A stretch of DNA of 64,000 nt, taken from Escherichia coli. Lineage in GTDB: Bacteria > Pseudomonadota > Gammaproteobacteria > Enterobacterales > Enterobacteriaceae. The notes beneath the pieces are model-generated. The model was not told the DNA's origin. It saw only the letters and a list, made by a program, of their open reading frames with translations, and searched no databases. Position 1 is the stretch's first letter. The number at the start of each line of letters is the position of its first letter. Below, one piece after another: positions 26,450 through 39,694 of the stretch. The DNA lies in assembly GCF_003334335.1 (NCBI RefSeq), contig NZ_QOWQ01000009.1; one strand, written 5' to 3'. The translations under genes were made by a program, and so were the position numbers.

Positions 26450-26597
26450 CGTCAGCTCCATTTTTCGTTTCCCCACATGTTGCAGGGCATTCCATCGCGG
26501 TAATAAACGCCCAGGCTTCCAGCCGGTAATTTATTGTGCACAGGTAAACGCATAGGGACGCAAAGCAATGTAAAGCTGACTATGTAAGTTGTCTGAT

Positions 26598-26927
26598 TTA
26601 TTTACGGTACAAAATGGCTTGTGAATACCACTGTCCTGTCACGATGGTTTCGTCCACCATGACGACAACGTAATAATCAGCTTTTGCAGCGACAGCTTTC
26701 GCTTTGATTTCTGCTAATGCGTCATCCGGAGAACCCCGAACCATCGTGCTTACGCTACCTATTCGCTGTAACCCTTGCGTCTGGTCGCGGCGAATCTCTT
26801 GCGGATGGTCCGTTACTGGCGGTGCTGGCTGTGGCGTACCTTGCAGTGCGCTACAGGCACTTAACATCAACACCAATAATAAACTGGCAAACCGGTAAAT
26901 AACGCTATTACGTTTCCTGCTAACCAT
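26598..26927 (-). CDS. bsmA: biofilm stress and motility lipoprotein BsmA (YjfO)
   Basis: ORF 26598..27026; start set to ATG 26927 (109 aa); lipobox LSAC. Confidence 0.8.
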   Translation of the reverse strand: MVSRKRNSVIYRFASLLLVLMLSACSALQGTPQPAPPVTDHPQEIRRDQTQGLQRIGSVSTMVRGSPDDALAEIKAKAVAAKADYYVVVMVDETIVTGQWYSQAILYRK

Positions 26928-27108
26928 AGTGTAGTGCCTTATTAATTTAACTTTGGGGGAATGTTCCCGAATTGTTACCTGGTACGCGATTTTCGAATGA
27001 AAACGTGACGAAAGCGTAACCCACATCTCAACATTATGAACTAATACCGCCAGCAGAAACTTGTGCTAAGGATTTCTTCATGTCATACCAGACAAAAAGG
27101 AGAGACAG

Positions 27109-27858
27109 ATGATTGAAATAGAATCACGCGAGCTGGCAGATATTCCCGTTCTTCATGCTTATCCTGTCGGACAAAAAGATACCCCGTTACCGTGCGCGAT
27201 TTTTTATCACGGCTTTACTTCGTCCAGTCTGGTGTATAGCTATTTTGCCGTTGCGCTGGCGCAGGCTGGTTTGCGGGTGATCATGCCGGATGCGCCCGAT
27301 CACGGTAGTCGTTTTAGTGGCGACGCAGCGCGGCGGTTAAATCAATTCTGGCAAATCTTGCTACAAAGTATGCAGGAATTCACTACTTTACGTGCGGCAA
27401 TAGCCGAAGAAAAGTGGCTGCTTGATGACCGTCTGGCAGTCGGTGGTGCGTCGATGGGCGCGATGACGGCACTGGGGATTACCGCTCGCCACCCCACGGT
27501 GAGATGTACCGCCAGCATGATGGGATCGGGCTATTTTACATCGCTCGCCCGTTCACTGTTTCCACCGCTGATACCTGAAACGGCAGCACAACAGAATGAA
27601 TTCAATAACATTGTCGCGCCGCTGGCAGAGTGGGAAGCGACAAACCACCTGGAACAACTTGGTGACAGACCTCTACTGCTGTGGCATGGCCTCGACGATG
27701 ACGTTGTGCCTGCCGATGAATCACTACGTTTGCAGCAGGCCTTAAGCGAGACGGGACGGGATAAACTGCTAACCTGTTCATGGCAGCCAGGCGTGCGTCA
27801 CCGCATTACGCCTGAGGCGTTAGATGCTGCAGTGACATTTTTCCGCCAGCATCTTTAA
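27109..27858 (+). CDS. yjfP: alpha/beta-hydrolase esterase YjfP
   Basis: 249 aa; GASMGAM nucleophile-elbow motif. Confidence 0.88.
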
Positions 27859-28610
27859 ACACGCAGAATGCTGACCCCTTGCGCTTCCAGTTGTTGCAGG
27901 ATTTCCGGGTTAGCATTTTTGCCGGTGATCAGCATATCAATTTGATCGGCACGGCTAAAAAGCATTCCCGCGCGTTCGCCAATCTTACTGCTATCAACCA
28001 GTACCACCAGTTTCCCTACCACGCTCAGCATCTTCTGCTCTGCCATTGCCGTCAGCATATCGGTTTTATACAACCCTTCTGCTGTCAGTCCTTTGCCGCT
28101 GGTAAACATCCAGTGCCCGGCATAGAGACTGTTTTCGCTGCCCTGCGGGCTTAAAGTGATGGACTGACTTTTGTTGTACTGTCCGCCCATAATGATCACG
28201 CTGTCATGTTCTTGATCGATCAGGTAATTTGCCAGCGGTAGATAATTAGTGATGATTTGCACTGGCTTGCCACACATTTCCCGCCCAAGCAGAAACGCGG
28301 TGGAGCCGCAGTTGATGACTACGCTTTCGCCCGGATTAACCAGCTGCGAGGCCGCTTTAGCGATACGTACTTTTTCATCGTGATTCTGCGCCTGATGCAG
28401 ATTCATCGGCGTCCAGCGCGGGCGCTGTTGGGTAATAGCTTCTGCGCCATTGCGCACTTTTTTCAGTTTGCCGCTTTCGTCAAGTTTATTGATATCGCGT
28501 CGCGCAGTGGCAGGCGAAATTCCCAGACGCTCAACGACTTTCTCAACGGTCACAAAGCCCAATTGTGCGAGCATTTCCAGGAGGATTTGATGTCTTTGTG
28601 CTTCAGTCAT
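27855..28610 (-). CDS. ulaR: DeoR-family repressor of the ula (L-ascorbate) regulon
   Basis: 251 aa; [55 protein letters not shown]; convergent 4-nt overlap with yjfP. Confidence 0.92.
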
Positions 28611-28671
28611 GAGCTATTCCGATAAAATTTGATTTTTTTAGATGATATTTGAAATAGCCAGGAAATACTAC

Positions 28672-28704
28672 GCCGGATAGCGCGAACTACTCCACGCTAT
28701 CCGG
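28672..28704. repeat. inverted repeat between ulaG stop and ulaR start (possible ulaG terminator or REP-like)
   Basis: CCGGATAGCG / CGCTATCCGG 10-bp arms with 12-nt loop; no clean U-run on the minus strand. Confidence 0.4.
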
Positions 28705-28717
28705 TATAAACGACAGA

Positions 28718-29782
28718 TTACAGGAATGACTTGAACGGCAGATCCGGTTCAATAGTGAAGCAATCATCGAAACCACGCGGATAGTGGTACTCGAAGTTGT
28801 CTTTATCCAACGGCCAGGTAAATTTGCCGCCAACCTGCCAGATAAACGGCTTGAAGCCATACTTCAGGCGATCTTTTTTCATCTCCCACAGCACGCGGAT
28901 CTCTTGCGGATCGGCCTGGAAGTTTGACCAGATATCGTGGTGGAACGGGATAACCACTTTCGCATTCAGGGCTTCACCCATACGCAGCATATCGGCGCTG
29001 GTCATTTTGTCGGTGATACCGCGCGGGTTTTCGCCGTATGAACCTAAAGCCACGTCGATCTGATGTTCGTTACCGTGCTTCGCATAATAGTTAGAGTAGT
29101 GGGAGTCGCCGCTGTGATACAGGGAGCCGCCAGGCGTTTTGAACAGATAGTTCACCGCGCGATCGTCCATGCCGTCCGGCAGTACGCCAGCCGCTTTTTG
29201 ATCGGCAGGCAGGGTGATCAGTGCAGTACGGTCGAAAGCGTCAAGCGCATGAATTTCAATGTCTTTCACTTTTACAACATCGCCCGGTTTGACCACGATG
29301 CAACGCTCTTTCGGTACGCCCCAGCCAATCCACAAATCCACACAGGTTTTCGGTCCAATGAACGGTACGTCATCAGCACAGTTCTGCATCACAGCAGCAG
29401 CGACGTTGACGTCGATATGATCGTTGTGATCGTGAGTCGCCAGTACCGCGTCGACCTGGCGAATCGCAAACGGATCAAGAACAAACGGGGTGGTGCGCAG
29501 GTTTGGCTGCAGTTTTTTCACGCCAGCCATGCGCTGCATTTGGTGACCCTGTTTCATTAACGGGTTACCGTGACTTTGTTTGCCAGTGCCGCACCAGAAA
29601 TCAACGCAAACGTTGGTGCCACCTTCCGATTTTAACCAGATCCCGGTGCAGCCAAGCCACCACATCGCAAATGTGCCAGGAGCGACCTGTTCTTGTTCAA
29701 TTTCTTCATTCAACCAGCTACCCCACTCCGGGAAAGTGCTCAGGATCCAGGATTCACGGGTGATACTTTTCACTTTACTCAT
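28718..29782 (-). CDS. ulaG: L-ascorbate-6-phosphate lactonase (metallo-beta-lactamase fold)
   Basis: ORF 28718..29788; start set to ATG 29782 (354 aa, [27 protein letters not shown]); HxHxDH motif ([10 protein letters not shown]). Confidence 0.93.
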   Translation of the reverse strand: MSKVKSITRESWILSTFPEWGSWLNEEIEQEQVAPGTFAMWWLGCTGIWLKSEGGTNVCVDFWCGTGKQSHGNPLMKQGHQMQRMAGVKKLQPNLRTTPFVLDPFAIRQVDAVLATHDHNDHIDVNVAAAVMQNCADDVPFIGPKTCVDLWIGWGVPKERCIVVKPGDVVKVKDIEIHALDAFDRTALITLPADQKAAGVLPDGMDDRAVNYLFKTPGGSLYHSGDSHYSNYYAKHGNEHQIDVALGSYGENPRGITDKMTSADMLRMGEALNAKVVIPFHHDIWSNFQADPQEIRVLWEMKKDRLKYGFKPFIWQVGGKFTWPLDKDNFEYHYPRGFDDCFTIEPDLPFKSFL

Positions 29783-31534
<1,752 letters not shown>

Positions 31535-31549
31535 TAAGGAGTTTTGATT

Positions 31550-31855
31550 ATGACCGTACGTATTCTGGCTGTGTGTGGCAACGGACAAGGCAGTTCCATG
31601 ATCATGAAGATGAAAGTGGACCAGTTTTTAACCCAATCAAACATTGACCACACGGTAAACAGCTGCGCGGTTGGCGAATACAAAAGCGAGTTGAGCGGCG
31701 CGGATATCATCATCGCTTCTACGCACATTGCGGGCGAAATCACCGTGACCGGCAACAAATACGTGGTTGGTGTGCGCAACATGCTCTCTCCTGCCGACTT
31801 TGGCCCGAAACTGCTGGAAGTGATCAAAGAGCATTTCCCGCAGGATGTGAAGTAA
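31550..31855 (+). CDS. ulaB: PTS ascorbate-specific EIIB
   Basis: ORF 31544..31855; 101 aa from ATG 31550, [23 protein letters not shown] (phospho-Cys motif). Confidence 0.95.
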
Positions 31856-31864
31856 GGACGCGCC

Positions 31865-32329
31865 ATGAAATTACGTGATTCGCTGGCGGAGAATAAATCC
31901 ATCCGCCTGCAGGCTGAAGCTGAGACATGGCAGGACGCAGTAAAAATCGGCGTTGACCTGCTGGTGGCGGCGGATGTTGTCGAGCCGCGTTACTACCAGG
32001 CGATTCTGGATGCGGTTGAACAGCACGGTCCGTACTTTGTGCTCGCACCAGGCCTGGCAATGCCGCACGGTCGCCCGGAAGAGGGCGTTAAGAAAACCGG
32101 TTTTGCGCTGGTGACGCTGAAAAAGCCTCTGGAGTTCAACCACGAAGATAACGACCCGGTGGATATCCTCATCACCATGGCGGCGGTCGATGCCAACACG
32201 CACCAGGAAGTGGGCATCATGCAGATCGTCAACCTGTTTGAAGATGAAGAAAATTTCGACCGTTTACGTGCCTGCCGTACCGAGCAGGAAGTACTGGATC
32301 TCATTGACCGCACCAACGCGGCAGCTTAA
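31865..32329 (+). CDS. ulaC: PTS ascorbate-specific EIIA
   Basis: 154 aa, [33 protein letters not shown]. Confidence 0.95.
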   Translation: MKLRDSLAENKSIRLQAEAETWQDAVKIGVDLLVAADVVEPRYYQAILDAVEQHGPYFVLAPGLAMPHGRPEEGVKKTGFALVTLKKPLEFNHEDNDPVDILITMAAVDANTHQEVGIMQIVNLFEDEENFDRLRACRTEQEVLDLIDRTNAAA

Positions 32330-32342
32330 GAAGGAATTGAAG

Positions 32343-32993
32343 ATGTCATTACCGATGTTACAAGTCGCGCTGGACAACCAGACTATGGATAGCGCCTACG
32401 AAACCACTCGCCTGATTGCCGAAGAAGTCGACATTATCGAAGTGGGTACCATTCTGTGCGTGGGCGAAGGCGTGCGTGCGGTTCGCGATCTGAAAGCGCT
32501 TTACCCGCACAAAATCGTACTGGCAGACGCCAAAATTGCCGATGCGGGCAAAATCCTCTCTCGTATGTGCTTCGAAGCCAACGCTGACTGGGTGACGGTA
32601 ATTTGCTGTGCGGATATCAACACCGCCAAAGGCGCGCTGGACGTAGCAAAAGAGTTTAACGGCGACGTGCAGATCGAACTGACCGGCTACTGGACCTGGG
32701 AACAGGCGCAGCAGTGGCGTGACGCAGGCATTCAGCAGGTGGTTTATCACCGCAGCCGTGACGCGCAGGCCGCAGGCGTAGCGTGGGGCGAAGCGGACAT
32801 TACCGCGATCAAACGTCTTTCCGATATGGGCTTCAAAGTCACCGTCACCGGTGGCCTGGCGCTGGAAGATCTGCCGCTGTTCAAAGGTATTCCGATTCAT
32901 GTGTTTATCGCTGGTCGCAGCATCCGTGATGCCGCTTCTCCGGTTGAAGCTGCACGTCAGTTCAAACGTTCCATCGCCGAACTGTGGGGCTAA
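32343..32993 (+). CDS. ulaD: 3-keto-L-gulonate-6-phosphate decarboxylase
   Basis: ORF 32190..32993; start set to ATG 32343 (216 aa, [36 protein letters not shown]). Confidence 0.95.
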   Translation: MSLPMLQVALDNQTMDSAYETTRLIAEEVDIIEVGTILCVGEGVRAVRDLKALYPHKIVLADAKIADAGKILSRMCFEANADWVTVICCADINTAKGALDVAKEFNGDVQIELTGYWTWEQAQQWRDAGIQQVVYHRSRDAQAAGVAWGEADITAIKRLSDMGFKVTVTGGLALEDLPLFKGIPIHVFIAGRSIRDAASPVEAARQFKRSIAELWG

Positions 32994-33002
32994 GGAGCGG
33001 AT

Positions 33003-33857
33003 ATGTTGTCCAAACAAATCCCGCTTGGCATCTATGAAAAAGCGCTCCCCGCCGGGGAGTGCTGGCTGGAACGCCTGCAACTGGCAAAAACGTTGGGCTT
33101 CGATTTTGTCGAGATGTCGGTAGATGAAACGGACGAGCGCCTGTCGCGCCTCGACTGGAGCCGCGAGCAGCGTCTGGCGCTGGTGAACGCGATTGTTGAA
33201 ACCGGCGTGCGCGTGCCGTCCATGTGCCTTTCTGCTCATCGTCGTTTCCCGCTGGGCAGTGAAGATGACGCGGTGCGGGCGCAGGGGCTGGAGATTATGC
33301 GTAAAGCTATCCAGTTCGCCCAGGATGTCGGTATTCGCGTGATCCAACTGGCGGGCTATGACGTTTACTATCAGGAAGCCAATAACGAAACGCGTCGTCG
33401 TTTCCGTGACGGCCTGAAAGAGAGCGTTGAGATGGCAAGCCGCGCGCAGGTGACGCTGGCGATGGAGATCATGGATTACCCATTGATGAACTCCATCAGC
33501 AAGGCGCTGGGCTACGCGCACTATCTCAACAACCCGTGGTTCCAGCTCTACCCGGATATCGGCAACCTCTCGGCGTGGGACAACGACGTGCAGATGGAGT
33601 TGCAGGCCGGAATCGGGCATATCGTCGCGGTACATGTGAAAGACACCAAACCGGGCGTCTTCAAAAACGTGCCGTTTGGCGAAGGCGTGGTGGATTTCGA
33701 ACGTTGTTTCGAAACGCTCAAACAGAGTGGCTATTGCGGGCCGTACCTGATTGAGATGTGGAGCGAAACGGCGGAAGACCCGGCGGCAGAAGTGGCGAAA
33801 GCGCGTGATTGGGTGAAAGCGCGCATGGCGAAAGCGGGCATGGTGGAGGCGGCATAA
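33003..33857 (+). CDS. ulaE: L-ribulose-5-phosphate 3-epimerase
   Basis: 284 aa, xylose-isomerase-like TIM barrel; [42 protein letters not shown]. Confidence 0.95.
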   Translation: MLSKQIPLGIYEKALPAGECWLERLQLAKTLGFDFVEMSVDETDERLSRLDWSREQRLALVNAIVETGVRVPSMCLSAHRRFPLGSEDDAVRAQGLEIMRKAIQFAQDVGIRVIQLAGYDVYYQEANNETRRRFRDGLKESVEMASRAQVTLAMEIMDYPLMNSISKALGYAHYLNNPWFQLYPDIGNLSAWDNDVQMELQAGIGHIVAVHVKDTKPGVFKNVPFGEGVVDFERCFETLKQSGYCGPYLIEMWSETAEDPAAEVAKARDWVKARMAKAGMVEAA

Positions 33858-34543
33858 TGCAAAAGCTAAAACAGCAGGTATTTGAAGCCAACATGGAGCT
33901 GCCGCGCTACGGGCTGGTGACCTTTACCTGGGGCAACGTCAGCGCTATCGACCGCGAACGCGGGCTGGTGGTGATCAAGCCCAGCGGCGTTGCCTACGAA
34001 ACCATGAAAGCGGCCGATATGGTGGTGGTTGATATGAGCGGCAAGGTGGTGGAAGGGGAGTATCGCCCATCTTCCGACACCGCGACGCATCTCGAACTCT
34101 ACCGTCGTTACCCGTCGCTTGGCGGCATTGTCCATACCCACTCCACTCATGCCACCGCATGGGCGCAGGCGGGGCTGGCGATCCCGGCGTTAGGCACCAC
34201 GCACGCTGACTACTTCTTTGGTGATATCCCGTGCACGCGCGGATTAAGCGAAGAAGAGGTGCAGGGTGAGTACGAACTGAACACTGGCAAAGTGATTATC
34301 GAAACGCTGGGCAACGCCGAGCCGCTGCATACGCCGGGAATTGTGGTGTATCAGCACGGACCGTTCGCCTGGGGGAAAGATGCCCACGACGCGGTGCATA
34401 ACGCGGTAGTGATGGAAGAAGTGGCGAAAATGGCGTGGATTGCGCGCAGTATTAATCCACAACTCAATCACATCGACAGCTTCCTGATGAATAAACACTT
34501 CATGCGTAAACACGGTCCTAACGCTTATTACGGGCAGAAGTAG
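33857..34543 (+). CDS. ulaF: L-ribulose-5-phosphate 4-epimerase
   Basis: ORF 33809..34543; start set to ATG 33857 (228 aa, [34 protein letters not shown]); TAATG overlap with ulaE stop. Confidence 0.95.
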   Translation: MQKLKQQVFEANMELPRYGLVTFTWGNVSAIDRERGLVVIKPSGVAYETMKAADMVVVDMSGKVVEGEYRPSSDTATHLELYRRYPSLGGIVHTHSTHATAWAQAGLAIPALGTTHADYFFGDIPCTRGLSEEEVQGEYELNTGKVIIETLGNAEPLHTPGIVVYQHGPFAWGKDAHDAVHNAVVMEEVAKMAWIARSINPQLNHIDSFLMNKHFMRKHGPNAYYGQK

Positions 34544-34550
34544 AACACGC

Positions 34551-34606
34551 GCTGCGGAAATTTCCTTCCTCGGGAGATAACTGGTCTAATTCCGCAGCCG
34601 TTTTTC
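34551..34606 (+). terminator. candidate ula operon terminator (long-loop hairpin plus T-run)
   Basis: GCTGCGGAA (34551-34559) pairs with TTCCGCAGC (34590-34598), followed by CGTTTTTC; loop is unusually long (30 nt). Confidence 0.45.
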
Positions 34607-34631
34607 AAAAAAAGCCCCCTGAGAAGGGGGC
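34606..34631 (-). terminator. rho-independent terminator for yjfY
   Basis: Hairpin GCCCCCT-GAGA-AGGGGGC (34614-34631) preceded on plus strand by AAAAAAA, i.e. followed by a U-run on the minus-strand transcript. Confidence 0.75.
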
Positions 34632-34671
34632 AAAGCAAACTATGGCAATGTTTCTTTGGTTATACCTGGTG

Positions 34672-34947
34672 CTAGCGATAAATATCCGCGCTGGCGTGCA
34701 TATTGCCGTTACTCCCCGGTTCCCGCATCAGAATCACGTGGTAGTACGTTGCGCCCTGCGCATCTGTCTCTTCATTTAATGCCTGACGCGCTTCGCTTTC
34801 AGTGGCGAAATTATGATTGATATAAATCACGCCTAAGCTTTGCACATCGTCCATATTTCTGGCCTGGTGGTTATTAATTTCAATGGCTGCCCATGTATTT
34901 GCACTTAGCAAAAGCACAGCCAGAAGGGCTAAAACACGGCTGAACAT
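34672..34947 (-). CDS. yjfY: DUF1471/YdgH-BhsA-family periplasmic protein YjfY
   Basis: 91 aa, MFSRVLALLAVLLLSANTWA signal peptide; paralogous in family to yjfN. Confidence 0.85.
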   Translation of the reverse strand: MFSRVLALLAVLLLSANTWAAIEINNHQARNMDDVQSLGVIYINHNFATESEARQALNEETDAQGATYYHVILMREPGSNGNMHASADIYR

Positions 34948-35147
34948 AGATACCTCCTCGACGGCTGTTTTTGTGTGCTCTCCTCATGTGGTGATGGTCT
35001 GATTTAATTTTAATCACGGATGAAAAAGTTGATGGCGACCATTTCTGATGCAGTTGTTCAAAAAAACAGCATGATGAAGTGTGATGAACTTCAAATCAGC
35101 GGCTTAGTGGTTATTTGCGAAAGGGGAGATTTATTTCTGCTCTGCCC

Positions 35148-35176
35148 TTGAGTTTAGCAAGGTATGTCAGTACTAT
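35148..35176 (+). promoter_or_regulatory. candidate rpsF operon promoter (-35 TTGAGT, 17-nt spacer, -10 TACTAT) with structured leader downstream
   Basis: Motifs read directly at 35148-35153 and 35171-35176; the leader to 35274 contains inverted repeat CAGCCGA...TCGGCTG, plausibly the autoregulatory structure of this operon. Confidence 0.45.
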
Positions 35177-35256
35177 AACGCGTCATTTTTCAGCCGACCT
35201 TTAACACGTTCCTTGCCTCCCCGGGATTCGGCTGACCCAGACAGGAGGCTGAATAA

Positions 35257-35670
<414 letters not shown>

Positions 35671-35676
35671 TTTCTG

Positions 35677-36223
<547 letters not shown>

Positions 36224-36252
36224 TCGGTCACGGTCCATTAATACGACTTTGA

Positions 36253-36714
<462 letters not shown>

Positions 36715-36738
36715 TTCGTTATTCAACGAGACGTAAAA

Positions 36739-36768
36739 ACGCCGACCATTGGTCGGCGTTTTGCTTTT
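36739..36768. terminator. bidirectional rho-independent terminator (rplI on plus strand; accessory operon on minus strand)
   Basis: Hairpin ACGCCGACC-ATTG-GGTCGGCGT flanked by AAAAA upstream and TTTTGCTTTT downstream. Confidence 0.8.
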
Positions 36769-36825
36769 GTAGCGAGCACTTGCAGATATCGATAAGGGCC
36801 ACAATAAGCAGCCCTACGAAGATAA

Positions 36826-37797
36826 TTACTTAGCTGCCTGAATATCAGCCAGCATTGGGGCAAGGGCTGGGTTGTCCTTAGCGAAGTTTGCGTACATTGG
36901 CTGTACTTTCTCGATAAACGGAGCTTTATCTACCTGGTAGACTTTCACGCCCATTTTATCCAGTTTTGCAAATTCTTGTTTCTCTTCCTCGCTCCACAAG
37001 TCTTTCATGTAGCTCATTGATTCTTTAGCTGCTTTTAATATAACTGCCTGATTTTCCTGGCTAAGTTTATCAAACGCAGCATTGCTCATCAGAACCACAT
37101 CGGGAACCATAGTGTGTTCGTCAAGGCTGAAGGATTTTGCCACTTCACCGTGACGCATGGTAGTCAGCGCCATCACGCTGTTTTCTGCCATATCGACCAC
37201 ACCCTGCTGTAAGGCTGTATACAACTCGCCGTAATCCAGTGGCGTCGGGTTACCGCCCATGACTTTGATCATTTCAACTGCGCCAGGGCTTGGCTGGACA
37301 CGGACTTTCATGCCTTTCAGATCGTCTGGTTTCAGTACTGGTTTATTGCCATAGAAACTGCGGGCGCCTCCATCATAAAAAGTCAGCCCGAAATAACCTT
37401 TGCTTTTCGTTGAGTCGAGGATTTTTCTCCCGATATCGCCCTGCATGACCTGATAATAATGATCACGATCGCGGAACAAATAAGGCAGGCTAAATAATTT
37501 ATAGGAATTTTCAAATGCTTCCATTTCTGCCGCATTGGTTTTTACCAGGGGAATAGCGCCAGAACGAATCAGCTCCATTGTTTCTCGTTGAGTACCCAAT
37601 GTTCCATTTGGATAAATACGAATAGTAATATCACCGTTAGAGTACTCTTTGCTCTTTTTCGCAAAGAACTCCATCGCTTTATGAACAGGATGAGACTTAT
37701 CCTGATTATGACTCAGTTTTAATGTCACTGCCCAGGACTGGCTTGCGGATAACATAAGAACAGCACCGATAATGCCAGCGGATACTTTTATTTTCAT
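36826..37797 (-). CDS. TRAP transporter periplasmic solute-binding protein (DctP family)
   Basis: 323 aa, signal peptide MKIKVSAGIIGAVLMLSASQSWA; DctP-like fold with Arg in YDGGARSFYG at the position typical for carboxylate binding; last gene of operon; AT-rich. Confidence 0.8.
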   Translation of the reverse strand: MKIKVSAGIIGAVLMLSASQSWAVTLKLSHNQDKSHPVHKAMEFFAKKSKEYSNGDITIRIYPNGTLGTQRETMELIRSGAIPLVKTNAAEMEAFENSYKLFSLPYLFRDRDHYYQVMQGDIGRKILDSTKSKGYFGLTFYDGGARSFYGNKPVLKPDDLKGMKVRVQPSPGAVEMIKVMGGNPTPLDYGELYTALQQGVVDMAENSVMALTTMRHGEVAKSFSLDEHTMVPDVVLMSNAAFDKLSQENQAVILKAAKESMSYMKDLWSEEEKQEFAKLDKMGVKVYQVDKAPFIEKVQPMYANFAKDNPALAPMLADIQAAK

Positions 37798-37849
37798 AGA
37801 TGTTCCTTTTCTAATAAATATGGCGGCAGGTGCCGCCAGTGAATGCGCA

Positions 37850-39151
37850 TCAGTAGCCCAGTGCTCTTGGCAATGCCATACTGATTTGCGGAATATAGGT
37901 CACCATTGCCAGCACCAATACCATCACGGCATAGAATGGCAGCATAGGTTTGATAATTTTATTAATCGGTAATTTAGATACACTACAACCGACAAATAAC
38001 ACACTGCCTACAGGCGGAGTACAAATACCGATACACATGTTCAGTACCATGACAATACCAAAGTGAATCGGGTCCATGCCCAGTTCGGTGACAACCGGTA
38101 AAAATATCGGCGTAAAAATCAGTACCGCCGGTGTCATATCCATAAAAGTGCCGATAATCAACAGGATAATATTGATAATAAGCAGGATTATTATTGGGTT
38201 GTCAGAAATAGTGTTAAGCAAATCGAGAATCAGGAAGGGAACGTCAGCGTTTGACATTGCCCATGACATACCCATCGAAGAACCAATTAATAACAAGACA
38301 ATTGCAGTGGTAATAACGGATTCCAGAAATATTTTAGGTAAATCTTTAACTGAGATTTCACGATAAAGAACCAGTGCAAGGAAAAGGGTATAAATTACTG
38401 CAATTGCGGAGGCCTCTGTCGGGGTAAAAATACCACTTAATACACCCCCCATAATTAAAATAATCAGGAAAATACTGGGGATAGCCATCCATATCGCAAC
38501 GCCAGCCTGGCGTAAAGTCGGGCGTTCTGGCTTTGGATAACCGCGACGTACCGCGATAATACCGGCTATTACCATCAGTGCCAGACCCAGCAAAATTCCC
38601 GGAACATAACCCGCCAGGAACAGTGCGGCAATAGAAGTACCACCACTGACCAGTGAATAGACGATTAACGTATTACTTGGTGGAATAAGCAAACCCGTCG
38701 GGGCAGAGGCAACGTTAACCGCAGTACTGAATGCCGGGTCGTAACCCTCTTTAACCTGTTGCGGATGCATGACGCCGCCCATCGCAGCCGCCGAAGCCAC
38801 GGCTGAACCAGAAATTGCCCCGAACAGCATATTGGCGAGAATATTACAGTGGGCAAGTGAGCCTGGCAGACGACCGCCGAGAATACGGGCAAAGTTGATT
38901 AATCGTCGCGCTATTCCTCCATGGTTCATAATGTTGCCAGACAAGATAAAAAATGGGATTGCCAACAACGTAAAACTATCTAACCCGGAGGCTAACTTTT
39001 GGGAAACCACACTCAATGCTGAGTTGAAATCGAGTTGTGTGGAAATTGATGCCAGTGTCGATAAACCAATGGCATAAACAATAGGTACACCTAATGCCAA
39101 CATAAAAAAGAAGGCACCAAATAACACAATAATCGGTAACCAGTAATCCAT
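37850..39151 (-). CDS. TRAP transporter large permease (DctM family)
   Basis: 433 aa polytopic membrane protein, typical DctM N-terminus MDYWLPIIVLFGAFFFMLALGVPIVYAIGLSTLA; GGAG SD before ATG; sampled lines about 30% G+C. Confidence 0.85.
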   Translation of the reverse strand: MDYWLPIIVLFGAFFFMLALGVPIVYAIGLSTLASISTQLDFNSALSVVSQKLASGLDSFTLLAIPFFILSGNIMNHGGIARRLINFARILGGRLPGSLAHCNILANMLFGAISGSAVASAAAMGGVMHPQQVKEGYDPAFSTAVNVASAPTGLLIPPSNTLIVYSLVSGGTSIAALFLAGYVPGILLGLALMVIAGIIAVRRGYPKPERPTLRQAGVAIWMAIPSIFLIILIMGGVLSGIFTPTEASAIAVIYTLFLALVLYREISVKDLPKIFLESVITTAIVLLLIGSSMGMSWAMSNADVPFLILDLLNTISDNPIIILLIINIILLIIGTFMDMTPAVLIFTPIFLPVVTELGMDPIHFGIVMVLNMCIGICTPPVGSVLFVGCSVSKLPINKIIKPMLPFYAVMVLVLAMVTYIPQISMALPRALGY

Positions 39152-39193
39152 AATTTCTCCATTCCTACTATGGTTGGTTGTTGTTTGTTATCT

Positions 39194-39694
39194 TTAGAGT
39201 GGTTGTTTAAGTTCGGTTAAAACCATATCTATGGTGTATATAATAATAAGTACACCACTAATCGGGATGCTCATATAGATATATCCCATTTGCCAGCCTA
39301 AAGCGGGCGAGGTCTGACCTGAATCGAATGTATCCATCGTTAATAGCCCACCACCATATACCATAATGATGGTTGCGAAGATAATAACGATAATCTGAAT
39401 ACACAAAAATAAATGACGTCGGGCTTTTCCTTTCAGCATCATAGGTAGCAGGTCAATCGCCAGATGCCGGTTTTGCCCTGCGGTGTATGCCCCACCAAAA
39501 AGTCCAAGACAAATAAAGAGCAAACGGCTGAGTTCATCTGTAAAAATACTGGGACTAGTAAATATAAATCGTGCAGCCACCTGCCACGTCACACATGCCA
39601 CGATGATCGCCAAAATGGTAATGTTCAATGCTGCAAGCAGAGCATTAATAGATCTAATTATATTTCGCATAGTGATTAACCTTTGCAATATCAT
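39194..39694 (-). CDS. TRAP transporter small permease (DctQ family)
   Basis: 166 aa, four hydrophobic segments, size and position typical of DctQ; start ATG overlaps stop of upstream flavoprotein gene (ATGA). Confidence 0.7.
   Translation of the reverse strand: MILQRLITMRNIIRSINALLAALNITILAIIVACVTWQVAARFIFTSPSIFTDELSRLLFICLGLFGGAYTAGQNRHLAIDLLPMMLKGKARRHLFLCIQIIVIIFATIIMVYGGGLLTMDTFDSGQTSPALGWQMGYIYMSIPISGVLIIIYTIDMVLTELKQPL

Noticed and set aside
32358-33635. 425-aa minus-strand ORF
   Set aside because: Antisense to ulaD/ulaE; the sense-strand proteins are recognisable Ula enzymes.
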